This document shows, piece by piece, positions 19,224 to 28,852 of a DNA stretch of 64,000 nucleotides. Every line of letters begins with the position of its first letter. The stretch's first letter is position 1. The position numbers and the translations under genes are program-made. The DNA comes from Chloroflexota bacterium (GTDB taxonomy: Bacteria; Chloroflexota; Anaerolineae; J102). The DNA is taken from contig JAYRVO010000089.1 of NCBI GenBank assembly GCA_041918515.1, positions 67,921-131,920 of the forward strand, written 5' to 3'. The notes beneath the pieces were generated by a model, which was given only the letters and a program-made list of their open reading frames with translations, was not told the origin of the DNA and did not search any database.

Positions 19224-21704
19224 CTAATGGACTTGGCCGTTGTCATTCGCCAGCGGCAATGCAACCGTGAAACGAGAGCCGTAACCCACCTGGCTTTCGA
19301 CGGTAATCATACCGTGATGAACCTCCACCGCCTCCTTGGCCAATGCCAGCCCCAAACCCGTACCTTTGATGCCACTCTTCCAGGCAGTCTGGGAGCGATA
19401 GAACTTGGAGAAGAGGTGCGGCAGGTCCTCTGGCGGAATACCCATGCCATGATCGACAACGTCGAACATCACCGCGTCCTCTGTGTTCCAGGCCGACACA
19501 TCGACATCGCCGCCTTCGAGACTAAACTTGATAGCATTGCCGATCAAATTCTTGACTACACTGATCATCAACTGCCTGCTGCCGCGCAGGACAGGTAAAT
19601 CTTTGGGTATATCGACGTGGATAGTCACCCTGGCTTGTTGAGCTTGCACCTGTAATACCCGCACCGACTCGGCGATGATGGAATCCAAATAAAGTTCGTC
19701 CGTGACCGGCTCTGTACGCCCCGATTCAAGACGCGCAAGATCTAGCAGATCGTTGATGAACGCGGTCAGACGATCAGCTTCGTTATTGATGATCGTCAGG
19801 AATTGATGGCGGAGCTTCTCATCCTGGCTGCCAAAGCCTTCCAGCATCAGATCGGTATAGCCTTTGATGCTTGTCAGGGGAGTGCGCAGCTCGTGGGAGA
19901 CACTGGCCACGATATTGGACTTCAGGCGATCGATCTCTTTGAGGCGGGTGATGTCGGTGAAATTGAGCAGGAAACCATCGGACACGGGCGTCACGCCTAG
20001 AAGCACGTCTCGCCTGCCGCTGGCGCTGGCGAGAACGGTTTCGACAGGCGCAATAGATTGTCCGGTTTCGAGGGTTGTATACAGCGGGCTGCCTTTCTCC
20101 CACATCTCGGGGCCGAAAAGCTCGATGAAACGTTTGCCCATGATTTCGGTCGCCGCATAACCGGTGACGCCCTCGGCGCTGGGATTCATGGCAACGACGC
20201 GCAAGTCCTGATCGAGGACGATGATGCCGGCGAACGCCTGTTGCAAGATGATCTCGGCCCGCTCCTTTTCATCGACGACAGTCTGGTAAAGCCGGGCGTT
20301 TTCGACAGCGATGGCGGTTTGGTTGGCAAGGGTCATGAGGGTCAGGTGTTCATCCGGCGAGTAGGGTGCCTCCGATAGTTTCGGGCCAAGTACGATCAAG
20401 CCGGCCAGATTGGTATGAACCTTGAGGGGCAGAAAGAGTTCTGCTTTGGCGATGCTCAGTTCTTCCCGCTCACGTCTCCACAATCCTCTGAAGCGCGGAA
20501 TCACATTGATCTCGTCAATCGTCAAAATCCCATCGTGATCGGCCAACCATTTGACAATGGGATTATCGCTGCGCATCGTCAATGTATGAGTGGGCGGCAG
20601 GCCTCTTTGCGCCTTTAGTTCGTAGGTATGACTTTCCTTATCGAGCAGAACCACCATTGCTGTGTCAACATGCATCGTCTGCGTCAATTCATCCAGGATC
20701 ATGTTGCCCAGCCGTCCCGGGTCCAGCACCGAAACGGTGGTCTGACTGAGCCGTTGTAGCATTTGCGCCACATCATATTTTTCACGGAAGAAATACTTGT
20801 CCACCCAAGCTTGGCTGGCATCGCGCAGAGGCTGCATGAATACTGCTGCTACTCCGGCCACCAATAAGGAAGCAATGAGCACTTGATAGCCAGCCACCAG
20901 ATGCAACAGGTTGACGACCAGGGAAATGATTAGGAAATAGCTGATTCCTATGATAATTGTAGGAATTGAATAAGCTAAACCTTTACGGATGACAATATCA
21001 AAATCAAGCAAACTGTAGCGGAAAATAACATATGCAATAATAATGGCATTAATTGCATTTCCTGCAATATCGATTGGATATGAACCAAGATAATCGACTA
21101 CATTGGTTGTACCACCGATCAAGACGAATATCATACCAATGAGAATATATCTTGTGCGATTTACGACGATAAAATCTTTCTTCGCGCGTAGCGTCGACAT
21201 CAAATTCCAAGCCGAGGCGCCGATAAAAACGGCAAAATAAATCCCAAAAATGGGAATTGCCGGGCCAAGTGTATATTTGATGATCCCGTCTTCTGTGACA
21301 GCAATGCCAGTGGCCAAAAGACCTCGGAAGTTCAATATCAAAAAGCCCAAATAGAGCGCCACCCCAATCGGCAGCCAGCCATCGAAGCGCCTCAATCCCA
21401 AGAACGCCTGTACGAACCCCCAAAATGCCAACGGCATCAGCGTCACGCCAGACAGCATGAGCCGATTCCATGCCAGCGCGTGGCCGCGATCCAGATACAT
21501 CATCAAAGCCCCGGCACTCCAGATAATCATGCTGGTCAAGTACCAGGCGAAACGCCGATTGACCTTGCTCTGTAAGTCATGTCGCCAAGTGATGAACAGC
21601 AAGGCAGTATAGAGAATCCCGGCCAACGCCGGCACCAGGCTGAACACCAAAACGGTCATCTTCGCATACTTTGGGAGGGGGAATGGGGCAGGCAGCGACA
21701 GCAT
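19224..21704 (-). CDS. Sensor histidine kinase: N-terminal multi-TM sensor + GAF + PAS + HisKA + HATPase_c
   Basis: HisKA H-box (SHELRTPLTSIKGYTDLM). ATPase N/G boxes (NLIGNAIKF...GTGLGLALAKE). A PAS block (QQAFAGIIVLDQDLRVVAMNPSAEGVTGY). An N-terminus of ~7-8 TM helices. No response regulator is present in the window. Confidence 0.85.
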   Translation of the reverse strand: MLSLPAPFPLPKYAKMTVLVFSLVPALAGILYTALLFITWRHDLQSKVNRRFAWYLTSMIIWSAGALMMYLDRGHALAWNRLMLSGVTLMPLAFWGFVQAFLGLRRFDGWLPIGVALYLGFLILNFRGLLATGIAVTEDGIIKYTLGPAIPIFGIYFAVFIGASAWNLMSTLRAKKDFIVVNRTRYILIGMIFVLIGGTTNVVDYLGSYPIDIAGNAINAIIIAYVIFRYSLLDFDIVIRKGLAYSIPTIIIGISYFLIISLVVNLLHLVAGYQVLIASLLVAGVAAVFMQPLRDASQAWVDKYFFREKYDVAQMLQRLSQTTVSVLDPGRLGNMILDELTQTMHVDTAMVVLLDKESHTYELKAQRGLPPTHTLTMRSDNPIVKWLADHDGILTIDEINVIPRFRGLWRREREELSIAKAELFLPLKVHTNLAGLIVLGPKLSEAPYSPDEHLTLMTLANQTAIAVENARLYQTVVDEKERAEIILQQAFAGIIVLDQDLRVVAMNPSAEGVTGYAATEIMGKRFIELFGPEMWEKGSPLYTTLETGQSIAPVETVLASASGRRDVLLGVTPVSDGFLLNFTDITRLKEIDRLKSNIVASVSHELRTPLTSIKGYTDLMLEGFGSQDEKLRHQFLTIINNEADRLTAFINDLLDLARLESGRTEPVTDELYLDSIIAESVRVLQVQAQQARVTIHVDIPKDLPVLRGSRQLMISVVKNLIGNAIKFSLEGGDVDVSAWNTEDAVMFDVVDHGMGIPPEDLPHLFSKFYRSQTAWKSGIKGTGLGLALAKEAVEVHHGMITVESQVGYGSRFTVALPLANDNGQVH
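20880..21330. other. AT-rich compositional island (~40% GC) inside the histidine kinase TM-sensor coding region
   Basis: Runs such as aataattgtaggaattgaataagctaaacc...gcaataataatggcattaattgcatttcc sit within a genome background of ~65% GC. The reading frame is intact but codon usage shifts to A/T-ending codons. Confidence 0.6.
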
Positions 21705-21725
21705 CGTTGCCGCCTGCCCTCTTCT

Positions 21726-23335
21726 TCAGGTCAAGGAAGCACTCAGACGCAGTAAATCGGTAATGATAGCATCGGGGACATTCATGTGAGCCGGCTTTAG
21801 ATGCGCCAAGTCGGCGCCTGCGGCTTGTCGCTCCAAAGCATAAGCGCGAAATGTTCCCGGTGAAAGCGACGTCAGCCGCAGAGGATCGATCTCTAACATC
21901 GATTCGAAGTCAGCATAGAAGAGGTTGCTGGCCTTGAGTTGTTCGTGAATCCGATGCCGCGCCTCGGCGGCAGGGACGGCTTTTTTCAGCTCGATATAGA
22001 GGTGGAGAAAGGCGCCGTTGGCATCGATCTCCTTGCGCACGGTCCATTCCTCGTAGTCCAAGCCGGTATCGTGGATCGCCTGCCAAAACATCGGTTCATC
22101 CATCAGACCCGTGAAGCTGCCAATATCGATGAGGCCATCCGAACGACCGGCAATGGTCATCGATGGCAGGGCAACTTGGATTTCCTGGTCTGCGAACTGG
22201 ATGAAGCGCACGAGGTCGCCCATCCGATAACGCAAGAAAGGCCCGCCGCCAAAACTCGTGATCACCAACTCATAACGTTGGCCCGGCTGCACTTCGTCCA
22301 GCAGCATTGTGCGAGGTCGGAACGTGGGGTCTTGTCGTTGCTGCGCCCAATCTTCTTCGGGGATGAATTCCAGGAAAACGACATCAGGCAGGAAATACAT
22401 CCCTTTGCGATCCCACGCCTGTAATGCGGCGATGACGCCGGTCTCGGTGGAAGCATAGATCTCATGCGGCATGATGCCCCAGTAGTCGAGGATCTTCTGT
22501 TTATAGATAGATGTGTCGGTGCCACCACACAAAATGCCCTTCACCGACCACAGGTCCTTGGGCAACATCGGCCGCCCGGCCATCCGACTGCGCAACAACG
22601 CCCGCCCCACCCGACTGATCGCCCTGGGGTGAAGCATCTGGCGTGACAAGCGCATGTTGCCACCGCCATTGGCGAAACGCTCGCCGATCTTGACCAGCAC
22701 GGAAGTGATCGAACCGAGGACGTCGATGCCGGTGACCATGGCCGTCTGGAAGCTCAGCTCCAGCCGTTCCTGGAATGATAGAGATTCAGTCTCGGTCAAC
22801 GAGGGTACAAAGTGGAAAGGAAATTGCTCATGCAGGCTAAGCAACGAGATGCCGCTGGCATAGGGGTGGGGCGGCGTGTTGTAGAGCAACACGTCCTGCT
22901 CCTCCAGGCGGACATCTCCGCGCTCGCGCGCCATCGACAAAATGACAGCAGTCATAATCCGCTCGCCGGCGCGATCGAACATTTCGCTGCTGAAAGGCAC
23001 TCGTTTGTAGCGCCCCGATCGACCGGACGTATGCGCCCAAGTGTGCGGCTTCATGGCCAATACATCCTCGCGGCGCTCCGAGAGATACGGCTCGTAGTCG
23101 GCATACGTGGTCAAGGGCACCATTTCTCTGAACTCCTCGATCGTCGTTACAGGCGTGTCGCCCATGATCAATTGGCCGAGGGTGGATTGGCCTACGCGTT
23201 CCAACTGTTCTGCCAACAGTCGCTTTTGCACTTGCATGAACTCGGTCAGTGTCAAGTCCAGAAAGCCACAATAGCGGGTCCATATGTCGTTTGTGCGGCC
23301 TTGTCGTAACAGCTTGGCAATATTGGTGCTCACAA
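21726..23335 (-). CDS. GH3-family (auxin-responsive GH3/JAR1-like) acyl-acid amido synthetase homolog
   Basis: GH3 N-terminal blocks (VPLTTYADYEPYL...HTWAHTSGRSGRYKRVPFS) and an ANL-like adenylating core. The start is reassigned to GTG 23335, which has GGAG upstream; the listed ORF overlaps the upstream methyltransferase. Confidence 0.65.
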
Positions 23336-23445
23336 GTGTTTCTCCGAATAGCTTTGGAACAAGTGCGGGGGAGGGGAGGGTAGTTTCGATGAGTGCTCGG
23401 CGCCGGCCTTTGACAGCCAGCCCAGCACAGAAAAACCATAGTATC

Positions 23446-24204
23446 TCAGTGCGCGGTGCGGACCGCGCGGATGAAAAGTCCACCGGGATAGATGCGCCGC
23501 AGCGCCGAGATCTCCCGTGTCTCGATTTGAGCGAAGCCCAGTTCCGAAAGTAGCGCGCGCCATTCCGCTGCCGTTCTAATGTTGGCAAAGGCGTCGATTT
23601 CAGCGCGCGCCCGTTCGCGGCTCATGGCCAAACCCACGGCCTCAACCTGCCTGTGCGAGATACGCAACGATAGGCTATAAAAGAATAGCAGGCTGCGCAG
23701 CATGATGAAGCCGAGAGGGGAGCGCCAGAAGGTCGTCGCGCATACATCCGCCATGACGAGCACGCCGCCAGGTCGGAGCACGCGCCCCATTTCGGCCAAC
23801 AGCTGGGGCACTGCCATATGGTGGGTGCCCAGGCAACAAATAGCGAGGTCGAAAACATTGGAAGCAAGGGGCATCTCCATCCCCGAACCGCACACCAAGC
23901 GGCTCGAATCGCTGCAAGCGCTAAGCTTTTGGCGGGCATACGCCAACATCAGCGGCGTGATGTCCAGGCCGACGACTCGGCTTCGCATCCCGCGGCGTGC
24001 GAGCAGCTCCAGGGGAATGACCCCGGTGCCGGTAGCAACATCCAGCACGCTTTCGACCTTGTCGATCTCCACCCATGCCAGCAATCGCTCGACGAATTCC
24101 TGATAACCAATGCCCCAAAACAAACGCAGTTCGTGATCGACGGTCTGCTCGTAACCGGGCGCAAGCGAAGTGAAGGCTTCGATGATAGTGTGCTGTTCTT
24201 CCAC
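23446..24204 (-). CDS. Class I SAM-dependent methyltransferase (Methyltransf_11/UbiE-like)
   Basis: Motif I VLDVATGTGVIPLELL. Acidic motif II VVGLDITPLML. Motif III LRPGGVLVMAD. Confidence 0.75.
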   Translation of the reverse strand: MEEQHTIIEAFTSLAPGYEQTVDHELRLFWGIGYQEFVERLLAWVEIDKVESVLDVATGTGVIPLELLARRGMRSRVVGLDITPLMLAYARQKLSACSDSSRLVCGSGMEMPLASNVFDLAICCLGTHHMAVPQLLAEMGRVLRPGGVLVMADVCATTFWRSPLGFIMLRSLLFFYSLSLRISHRQVEAVGLAMSRERARAEIDAFANIRTAAEWRALLSELGFAQIETREISALRRIYPGGLFIRAVRTAH

Positions 24205-24403
24205 GGTGAACTCCTAACTTTGGGTGCTGCTTCAGCCGTGGGGGAGCGCGCTTCCGCAGAGTCCTATTGCTCTTGCGCCGACAGTATAGCACAGTTCAGT
24301 TTCAAGTTGTGAGTCATAACCTACAGACATAACACACAACCGTGCTATATTGGATTCATTCTATTTCCTCCCCTTTTTCGACTTGCAACAAGGACAACAT
24401 CTC

Positions 24404-25447
24404 ATGAAAAGACTTTTGCCCCTCCCCTTACTGATCGTCGCCTTCCTACTCATCGCGACCGGCCTGGCCACCGCCGCCGGCCCTACGCTCGAGCCCTTCT
24501 CCACCACCGGCTACACCACCAACCTCGTCCCCGCTCCTCCTATCCCTGGCTTCCCGCCTCTCATTCCCAGCGAGTTCCAATTCCTGCCCAGCGGCCAGGT
24601 CAAGTTCCACATCGCCGCCCAGGGCGGCCCGGCTGTGGATAACGACGCCCTGTGCACAGCTCTGTACGGCGCTCCCTGCAATCTCGTCTGCCTGGGCTTC
24701 ACTGGGCAGGCTTGTGGCACGGGCGGTTACTTCGCCGGCGGCAGCTTCCACTTCGACGAATGGGGCGTCGTCAACCCGGCCACCTTCGGCGGCGCCAACT
24801 TTGGCAATCTGAAGATCAGCACCGACGAAGGCCAGGCCGACATGCGTTTCGGCGGCCTCGCCATCCCCACCCTGGCCGGGCCTGTAGCCCAGGGCAGCTT
24901 CCTGGTCGATAAAGCCAGCGGCGCTTATAAGCATGACAAGAAGGAAGAAGGCATCTACACCGGCGGCGCCGGCTTCATCTTCAACGTTGGTTACACCCCC
25001 CTTTCCTTCACGCCCTGCCCTGACGGCGTCTGCCCCGATCGTTGCGCTGTCTTTGGCGCCGAACCCAAGCTGAAGAAGGAAGATATGCACTGGAAGATCG
25101 AAAACGAAGGTGAAAAGACCTTGACCATCAGCAGCATCACGGTCAGCTGGCCCGAGGCCGACGGTCCCATCACCAAAGTGAAGCTGGGCGGCAAGACGCT
25201 GTATGAGACGCCCGTGAGCAATCCGTCGGTGGTTCCCGGAACGCCGGGCCTGTTTGCTGTGATCAATACCGGCTGGCTGGGCGAGATGAAAGACCGCCAG
25301 ATCGATGCCAACAAAGACGCAGAATTGAAGTTGGAATTTGCCAACAAGGGCATTAGCGACGCCGCCAGCGATTACACCCTTCTGGTTGAGTTCGCCGAAG
25401 GCTGCGCTGTCCCCTTCGCCGCCTTCCCCCCGCCCCCTGCACCCTGA
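24404..25447 (+). CDS. Secreted Cys-rich hypothetical protein
   Basis: Signal peptide MKRLLPLPLLIVAFLLIATGLATAAG. No recognisable family. Pro-rich C-terminus. Confidence 0.55.
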   Translation: MKRLLPLPLLIVAFLLIATGLATAAGPTLEPFSTTGYTTNLVPAPPIPGFPPLIPSEFQFLPSGQVKFHIAAQGGPAVDNDALCTALYGAPCNLVCLGFTGQACGTGGYFAGGSFHFDEWGVVNPATFGGANFGNLKISTDEGQADMRFGGLAIPTLAGPVAQGSFLVDKASGAYKHDKKEEGIYTGGAGFIFNVGYTPLSFTPCPDGVCPDRCAVFGAEPKLKKEDMHWKIENEGEKTLTISSITVSWPEADGPITKVKLGGKTLYETPVSNPSVVPGTPGLFAVINTGWLGEMKDRQIDANKDAELKLEFANKGISDAASDYTLLVEFAEGCAVPFAAFPPPPAP

Positions 25448-25527
25448 TCGCGGGCGATCATCGTATCTTTTCGGACAGCCGCACCAAACGGTGCGGCTGT
25501 CTTGCTTTTCCACTTGTGGAGACATAG

Positions 25528-26367
25528 ATGAAACCCTCGCCCTTCCCTGGCATGGACCCCTATCTCGAAGCGCCTCACATCTGGCCGGATGTGCACAGCC
25601 GCCTGATGAACGTCTTTGCCGAGCAATTGGCGCCTGTGCTATCACCCAACTATCTGGCCGAACTGGAGACACAGTTGATCATCGCCGGCATCGACGAGGA
25701 GAACGATCTTTTTTCCGTCCGACCCGATGTCAGCGTGACCCGGTTGAACGAACCTGCGCTCGTCTACGCCGCCCAATCGATGCAGGCGCCGTTGCGTTGG
25801 CGGCTGCCGCCAGAAGCGCCCACGCGCCTCGCTTCGATCTTCATTCGCGAACGGGTGGGGCGAAAGCTGGTGACGGTGATCGAACTGCTATCGCCAGTCA
25901 ACAAGCGTCGTGGTCCCGCGCGGGAAGAGTATCTGGACAAGCGACGCTCCTACCTGAGTTCACCCATCCACCTGGTGGAGGTCGACCTGTTACGCGGCCA
26001 CCCGCGCATGCCGTTCAACGACCCCTTGCCGCGCACCGACTATCTGGCCATGGTCAGCCGCGTCGCCGATCGCCCGGAGTGCGATATCTGGCCGATCAGC
26101 CTGCGCCAAGCCCTGCCCATCATTCCCATCCCCCTGTTGGCTCCCGACCCGGATGTGGCTCTGGACATCGGTCAGGCCCTGCGCACGGCCTGGCAGCGGG
26201 CGCGCTACGACCTGCGCCTGGATTACAGCCAGCCGCCCGCGCCCCCACTGACCGGCGCCGACGCGGCATGGGCGCAGAGCCTCATAGACGCCCATAACAC
26301 CAATAACCGATCGACCGATCAACCAACAACCGATAACCCCTCGAAAACAGACTCCAAAGCCACATAA
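25528..26367 (+). CDS. DUF4058 family protein (PD-(D/E)xK-like fold suspected)
   Basis: Characteristic DUF4058 N-terminus (PFPGMDPYLEAPHIWPDVHSRL) and an IELLSP...K...Y...VEVDLL block reminiscent of Uma2/DUF820-type nuclease-fold proteins. The final 16 codons run through a heptamer-repeat tract and overlap the convergent kinase gene. Confidence 0.65.
   Translation: MKPSPFPGMDPYLEAPHIWPDVHSRLMNVFAEQLAPVLSPNYLAELETQLIIAGIDEENDLFSVRPDVSVTRLNEPALVYAAQSMQAPLRWRLPPEAPTRLASIFIRERVGRKLVTVIELLSPVNKRRGPAREEYLDKRRSYLSSPIHLVEVDLLRGHPRMPFNDPLPRTDYLAMVSRVADRPECDIWPISLRQALPIIPIPLLAPDPDVALDIGQALRTAWQRARYDLRLDYSQPPAPPLTGADAAWAQSLIDAHNTNNRSTDQPTTDNPSKTDSKAT
26298..26338. repeat. AACCGAT-type heptamer tract at convergent gene ends
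   Basis: caccaataaccgatcgaccgatcaaccaacaaccgataacc lies in the overlap of the DUF4058 and FGGY kinase 3' ends. Confidence 0.5.
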
Positions 26368-27821
26368 GTTTCTTTGAAAAGAGCGTAGAGGGTTTCGTAA
26401 CGAGCCTGCACGTCCGGGTTGGGGAGATCGATGTGCAGAACGGGGGCCAACTGCTGGGCCACGCTATAGTCAGGATAGAGGCCAATGCCCACCCCACCAG
26501 CAATGGCCGCACCCAAAGCTGTGGCTTGCGCCGGCAAACCGAGCTGTTCGACGGGCAAACCATACACATCCGCCAAGATTTGCCGCCAGAGCGCGCTCTT
26601 GCCGCCACCGCCGATCAGCCGCATGGCCCCGACTTCAGCGCCTTGCCCGCGCAGCACGTCCAGGATGTGGCGCAGGTTGAAAGCGACGCCCTCCAACACG
26701 GCGCGGGCCATCTCGGCCCGGCCGTGCGGCATGGCCAGGCCCACGAAGGCGCCGCGGGCGAGCGGATTCCAGTGCGGGCTGCGCTCGCCCAACAGATAGG
26801 GCAGGAAGAGCAAGCCGCGACTGCCAGCCGGGACGCGCGCGGCCTCGGCATCCAGCACGGCGTACAGCGATTCGCCCTCCCATAGTCGCGCCAGCCAGTC
26901 GTAGGCCCCGCCGGCAGACTGCATGGCGCCGATGGCGCAGTAGAGTTGGGGATCGAGATGCAAAAAGTTGAATGTGCGCCGCTGCTGATCAAGCACCGGG
27001 CGTTCGCTGGTCAAAGCCAGCCAGGAAGATGAGCCGATGTAGTTGTATACCTGACCAGCGGCAATAGCTCCCGCCCCTACCGTGGCGCAAGCCCCATCGC
27101 CGCCGCCGATCACCACCGGCGTGCCCGCGCGTAGGCCGGTCGCTCGCGCGGCAGCCGGAGTCACGCTGCCGATGACGGTGGCAGAAGGCAGAGGAGTGGG
27201 GAACAGATCGGCGCTGAGGCCCAGCCGATCCAACATGTCGGCGGCCCAACAACGCTGTTCCAGATCGAAGAGCAAGGTCAGCGAGGCGTCGGAATAATCG
27301 GTGGCCAGGACGCCGGTGAGCAAGAAGGCGGCATAGTCCTTGGGCTGCAAAACCTTGTGGCCGCGCCGAAAAAGTTCGGGCTGGTGATCCCTGATCCACA
27401 GCACTTTGGGGGCGGTATAAGCCGGGCTGATGCGATTACCCGTCAGCCGATACACTTCTTCGTCGCCGCAGCGTTGGCGGATGAATTCGGCCTGGGCTGT
27501 GGCCCGCTGGTCGGCCCAGATGATGGCCGGGCGCAGCGGGGCGCCCTGTTCATCGACCAGAAGGGCGCCGTTCATGTGGCCGCTGAAGCTGACGACGGCG
27601 ATGGCTTTCGGCGGGACAGCGGCCGCGGCCAAGAGCTGCCGTGTGGCTCCGATGAGGGCAGCCTCCCAGTCGGCAGGGTTCTGCTCAGCCCAATTGGGCT
27701 GTCGATAGGTTGTTTCGTAGGCAACGAAGGCGGTCGCCGCCACCCTGCCATCGCTATCGAAGAGGGTGGCTTTGTCGCCGGTGGTGCCCAGGTCGTGGGC
27801 AAGGATGAGACCTGGGGACAT
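26319..27821 (-). CDS. FGGY-family carbohydrate kinase (xylulokinase/ribulokinase-like)
   Basis: N-terminal LILAHDLGTTGDKATLFD. A central GG motif (VVIGGGDGACATVGAG). C-terminal FGGY_C blocks. It is the last gene of the sugar ABC operon. The start is set at the internal Met; the ORF is open to 27902. Confidence 0.75.
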   Translation of the reverse strand: MSPGLILAHDLGTTGDKATLFDSDGRVAATAFVAYETTYRQPNWAEQNPADWEAALIGATRQLLAAAAVPPKAIAVVSFSGHMNGALLVDEQGAPLRPAIIWADQRATAQAEFIRQRCGDEEVYRLTGNRISPAYTAPKVLWIRDHQPELFRRGHKVLQPKDYAAFLLTGVLATDYSDASLTLLFDLEQRCWAADMLDRLGLSADLFPTPLPSATVIGSVTPAAARATGLRAGTPVVIGGGDGACATVGAGAIAAGQVYNYIGSSSWLALTSERPVLDQQRRTFNFLHLDPQLYCAIGAMQSAGGAYDWLARLWEGESLYAVLDAEAARVPAGSRGLLFLPYLLGERSPHWNPLARGAFVGLAMPHGRAEMARAVLEGVAFNLRHILDVLRGQGAEVGAMRLIGGGGKSALWRQILADVYGLPVEQLGLPAQATALGAAIAGGVGIGLYPDYSVAQQLAPVLHIDLPNPDVQARYETLYALFKETYVALESVFEGLSVVG

Positions 27822-27826
27822 GCCAA

Positions 27827-28852
27827 TCAGCGGGCGCGGCGCCGCACGATGTCCAGGAAGACGGCCAGGATGACGATGACGCCCGTGACCACCATCTGCC
27901 ATTCCTGCGGCACACCCAGGATGCGCAGGCCATTGGTCAGCGTGCTCATGAGGAAGGCGCCGATGAGCGTGCCCAGGATGGTGCCTTCACCCCCGCTCAG
28001 CGAGGTGCCGCCGATAACCACGGCGGCGATGGCGTCGAGTTCGTAGCCGGCGCCGGTGCCGGGCTGGGCCGAATTGAGGCGCGAGGCGATCACCACCCCG
28101 GCCAGGCCGGCGAACAAGCCGCAGAGGGCGTAGATGGCGGTCTTCCAGTTGGCTACATTGACGCCGGAGAGACGGGTGGCCTCCTCATTGCTGCCGATAG
28201 CGACGGCGTAGCGCCCCAACACAGTTTTGTTGAGGATGAAGGCCGCCACCGCTGCGGCGCCAAAAAGGATGAGCACGGCGTTGGGGATCGGGAAGAAAGG
28301 CATGGCCTTGCCCACCATCGATCCCATCGTCAGCTGGTTGAAGGCTGGGGCTTTGTCGAAATAGATTGGTTTGACCGAACCAAAGATCGCCGCCGGGATT
28401 ACCAAAGCCAGGCCGCGGGCGATCATCATCATGCCCAATGTAGCCACGAAGGGCGGGATTTTCATCCGCGAGATGGCGCCGCCGCTGACGAGGCCGGCCA
28501 GCATCCCCGTCAGCAAGCCGACCAGGATGCCGAGCGGGATGGGCAGACCCCAGACCGAGATGGCGACGCCGGTCGTCACCGCCGACAACGTCATCACCGT
28601 GCCGATCGAAAGGTCGATGCCGGCGGTGATGATGACGAACGTGACGCCCAGAGCCAGCACACCATTGACCGTCGTGGCCAACAGAATGCTCATCGCATTC
28701 TCGATGGTGGCAAAATAGGGCGACGCAAACCAGAAAAAGATGACGATAACGATCCAGGCAGCGAATGCCAGCAATTTCTGGGCTGCCTCTGAACTAAAAA
28801 TCGAACGTCTGGGAGTTGCGGCGGCAGTTGTATCGATGGTTGTCATGCTCAC
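27827..28852 (-). CDS. Sugar ABC transporter permease (BPD_transp_2, RbsC-like)
   Basis: ~9-10 TM helices and a Gly-rich conserved loop ([19 protein letters not shown]), typical of ribose/xylose-type permeases. Confidence 0.8.
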   Translation of the reverse strand: MSMTTIDTTAAATPRRSIFSSEAAQKLLAFAAWIVIVIFFWFASPYFATIENAMSILLATTVNGVLALGVTFVIITAGIDLSIGTVMTLSAVTTGVAISVWGLPIPLGILVGLLTGMLAGLVSGGAISRMKIPPFVATLGMMMIARGLALVIPAAIFGSVKPIYFDKAPAFNQLTMGSMVGKAMPFFPIPNAVLILFGAAAVAAFILNKTVLGRYAVAIGSNEEATRLSGVNVANWKTAIYALCGLFAGLAGVVIASRLNSAQPGTGAGYELDAIAAVVIGGTSLSGGEGTILGTLIGAFLMSTLTNGLRILGVPQEWQMVVTGVIVILAVFLDIVRRRAR

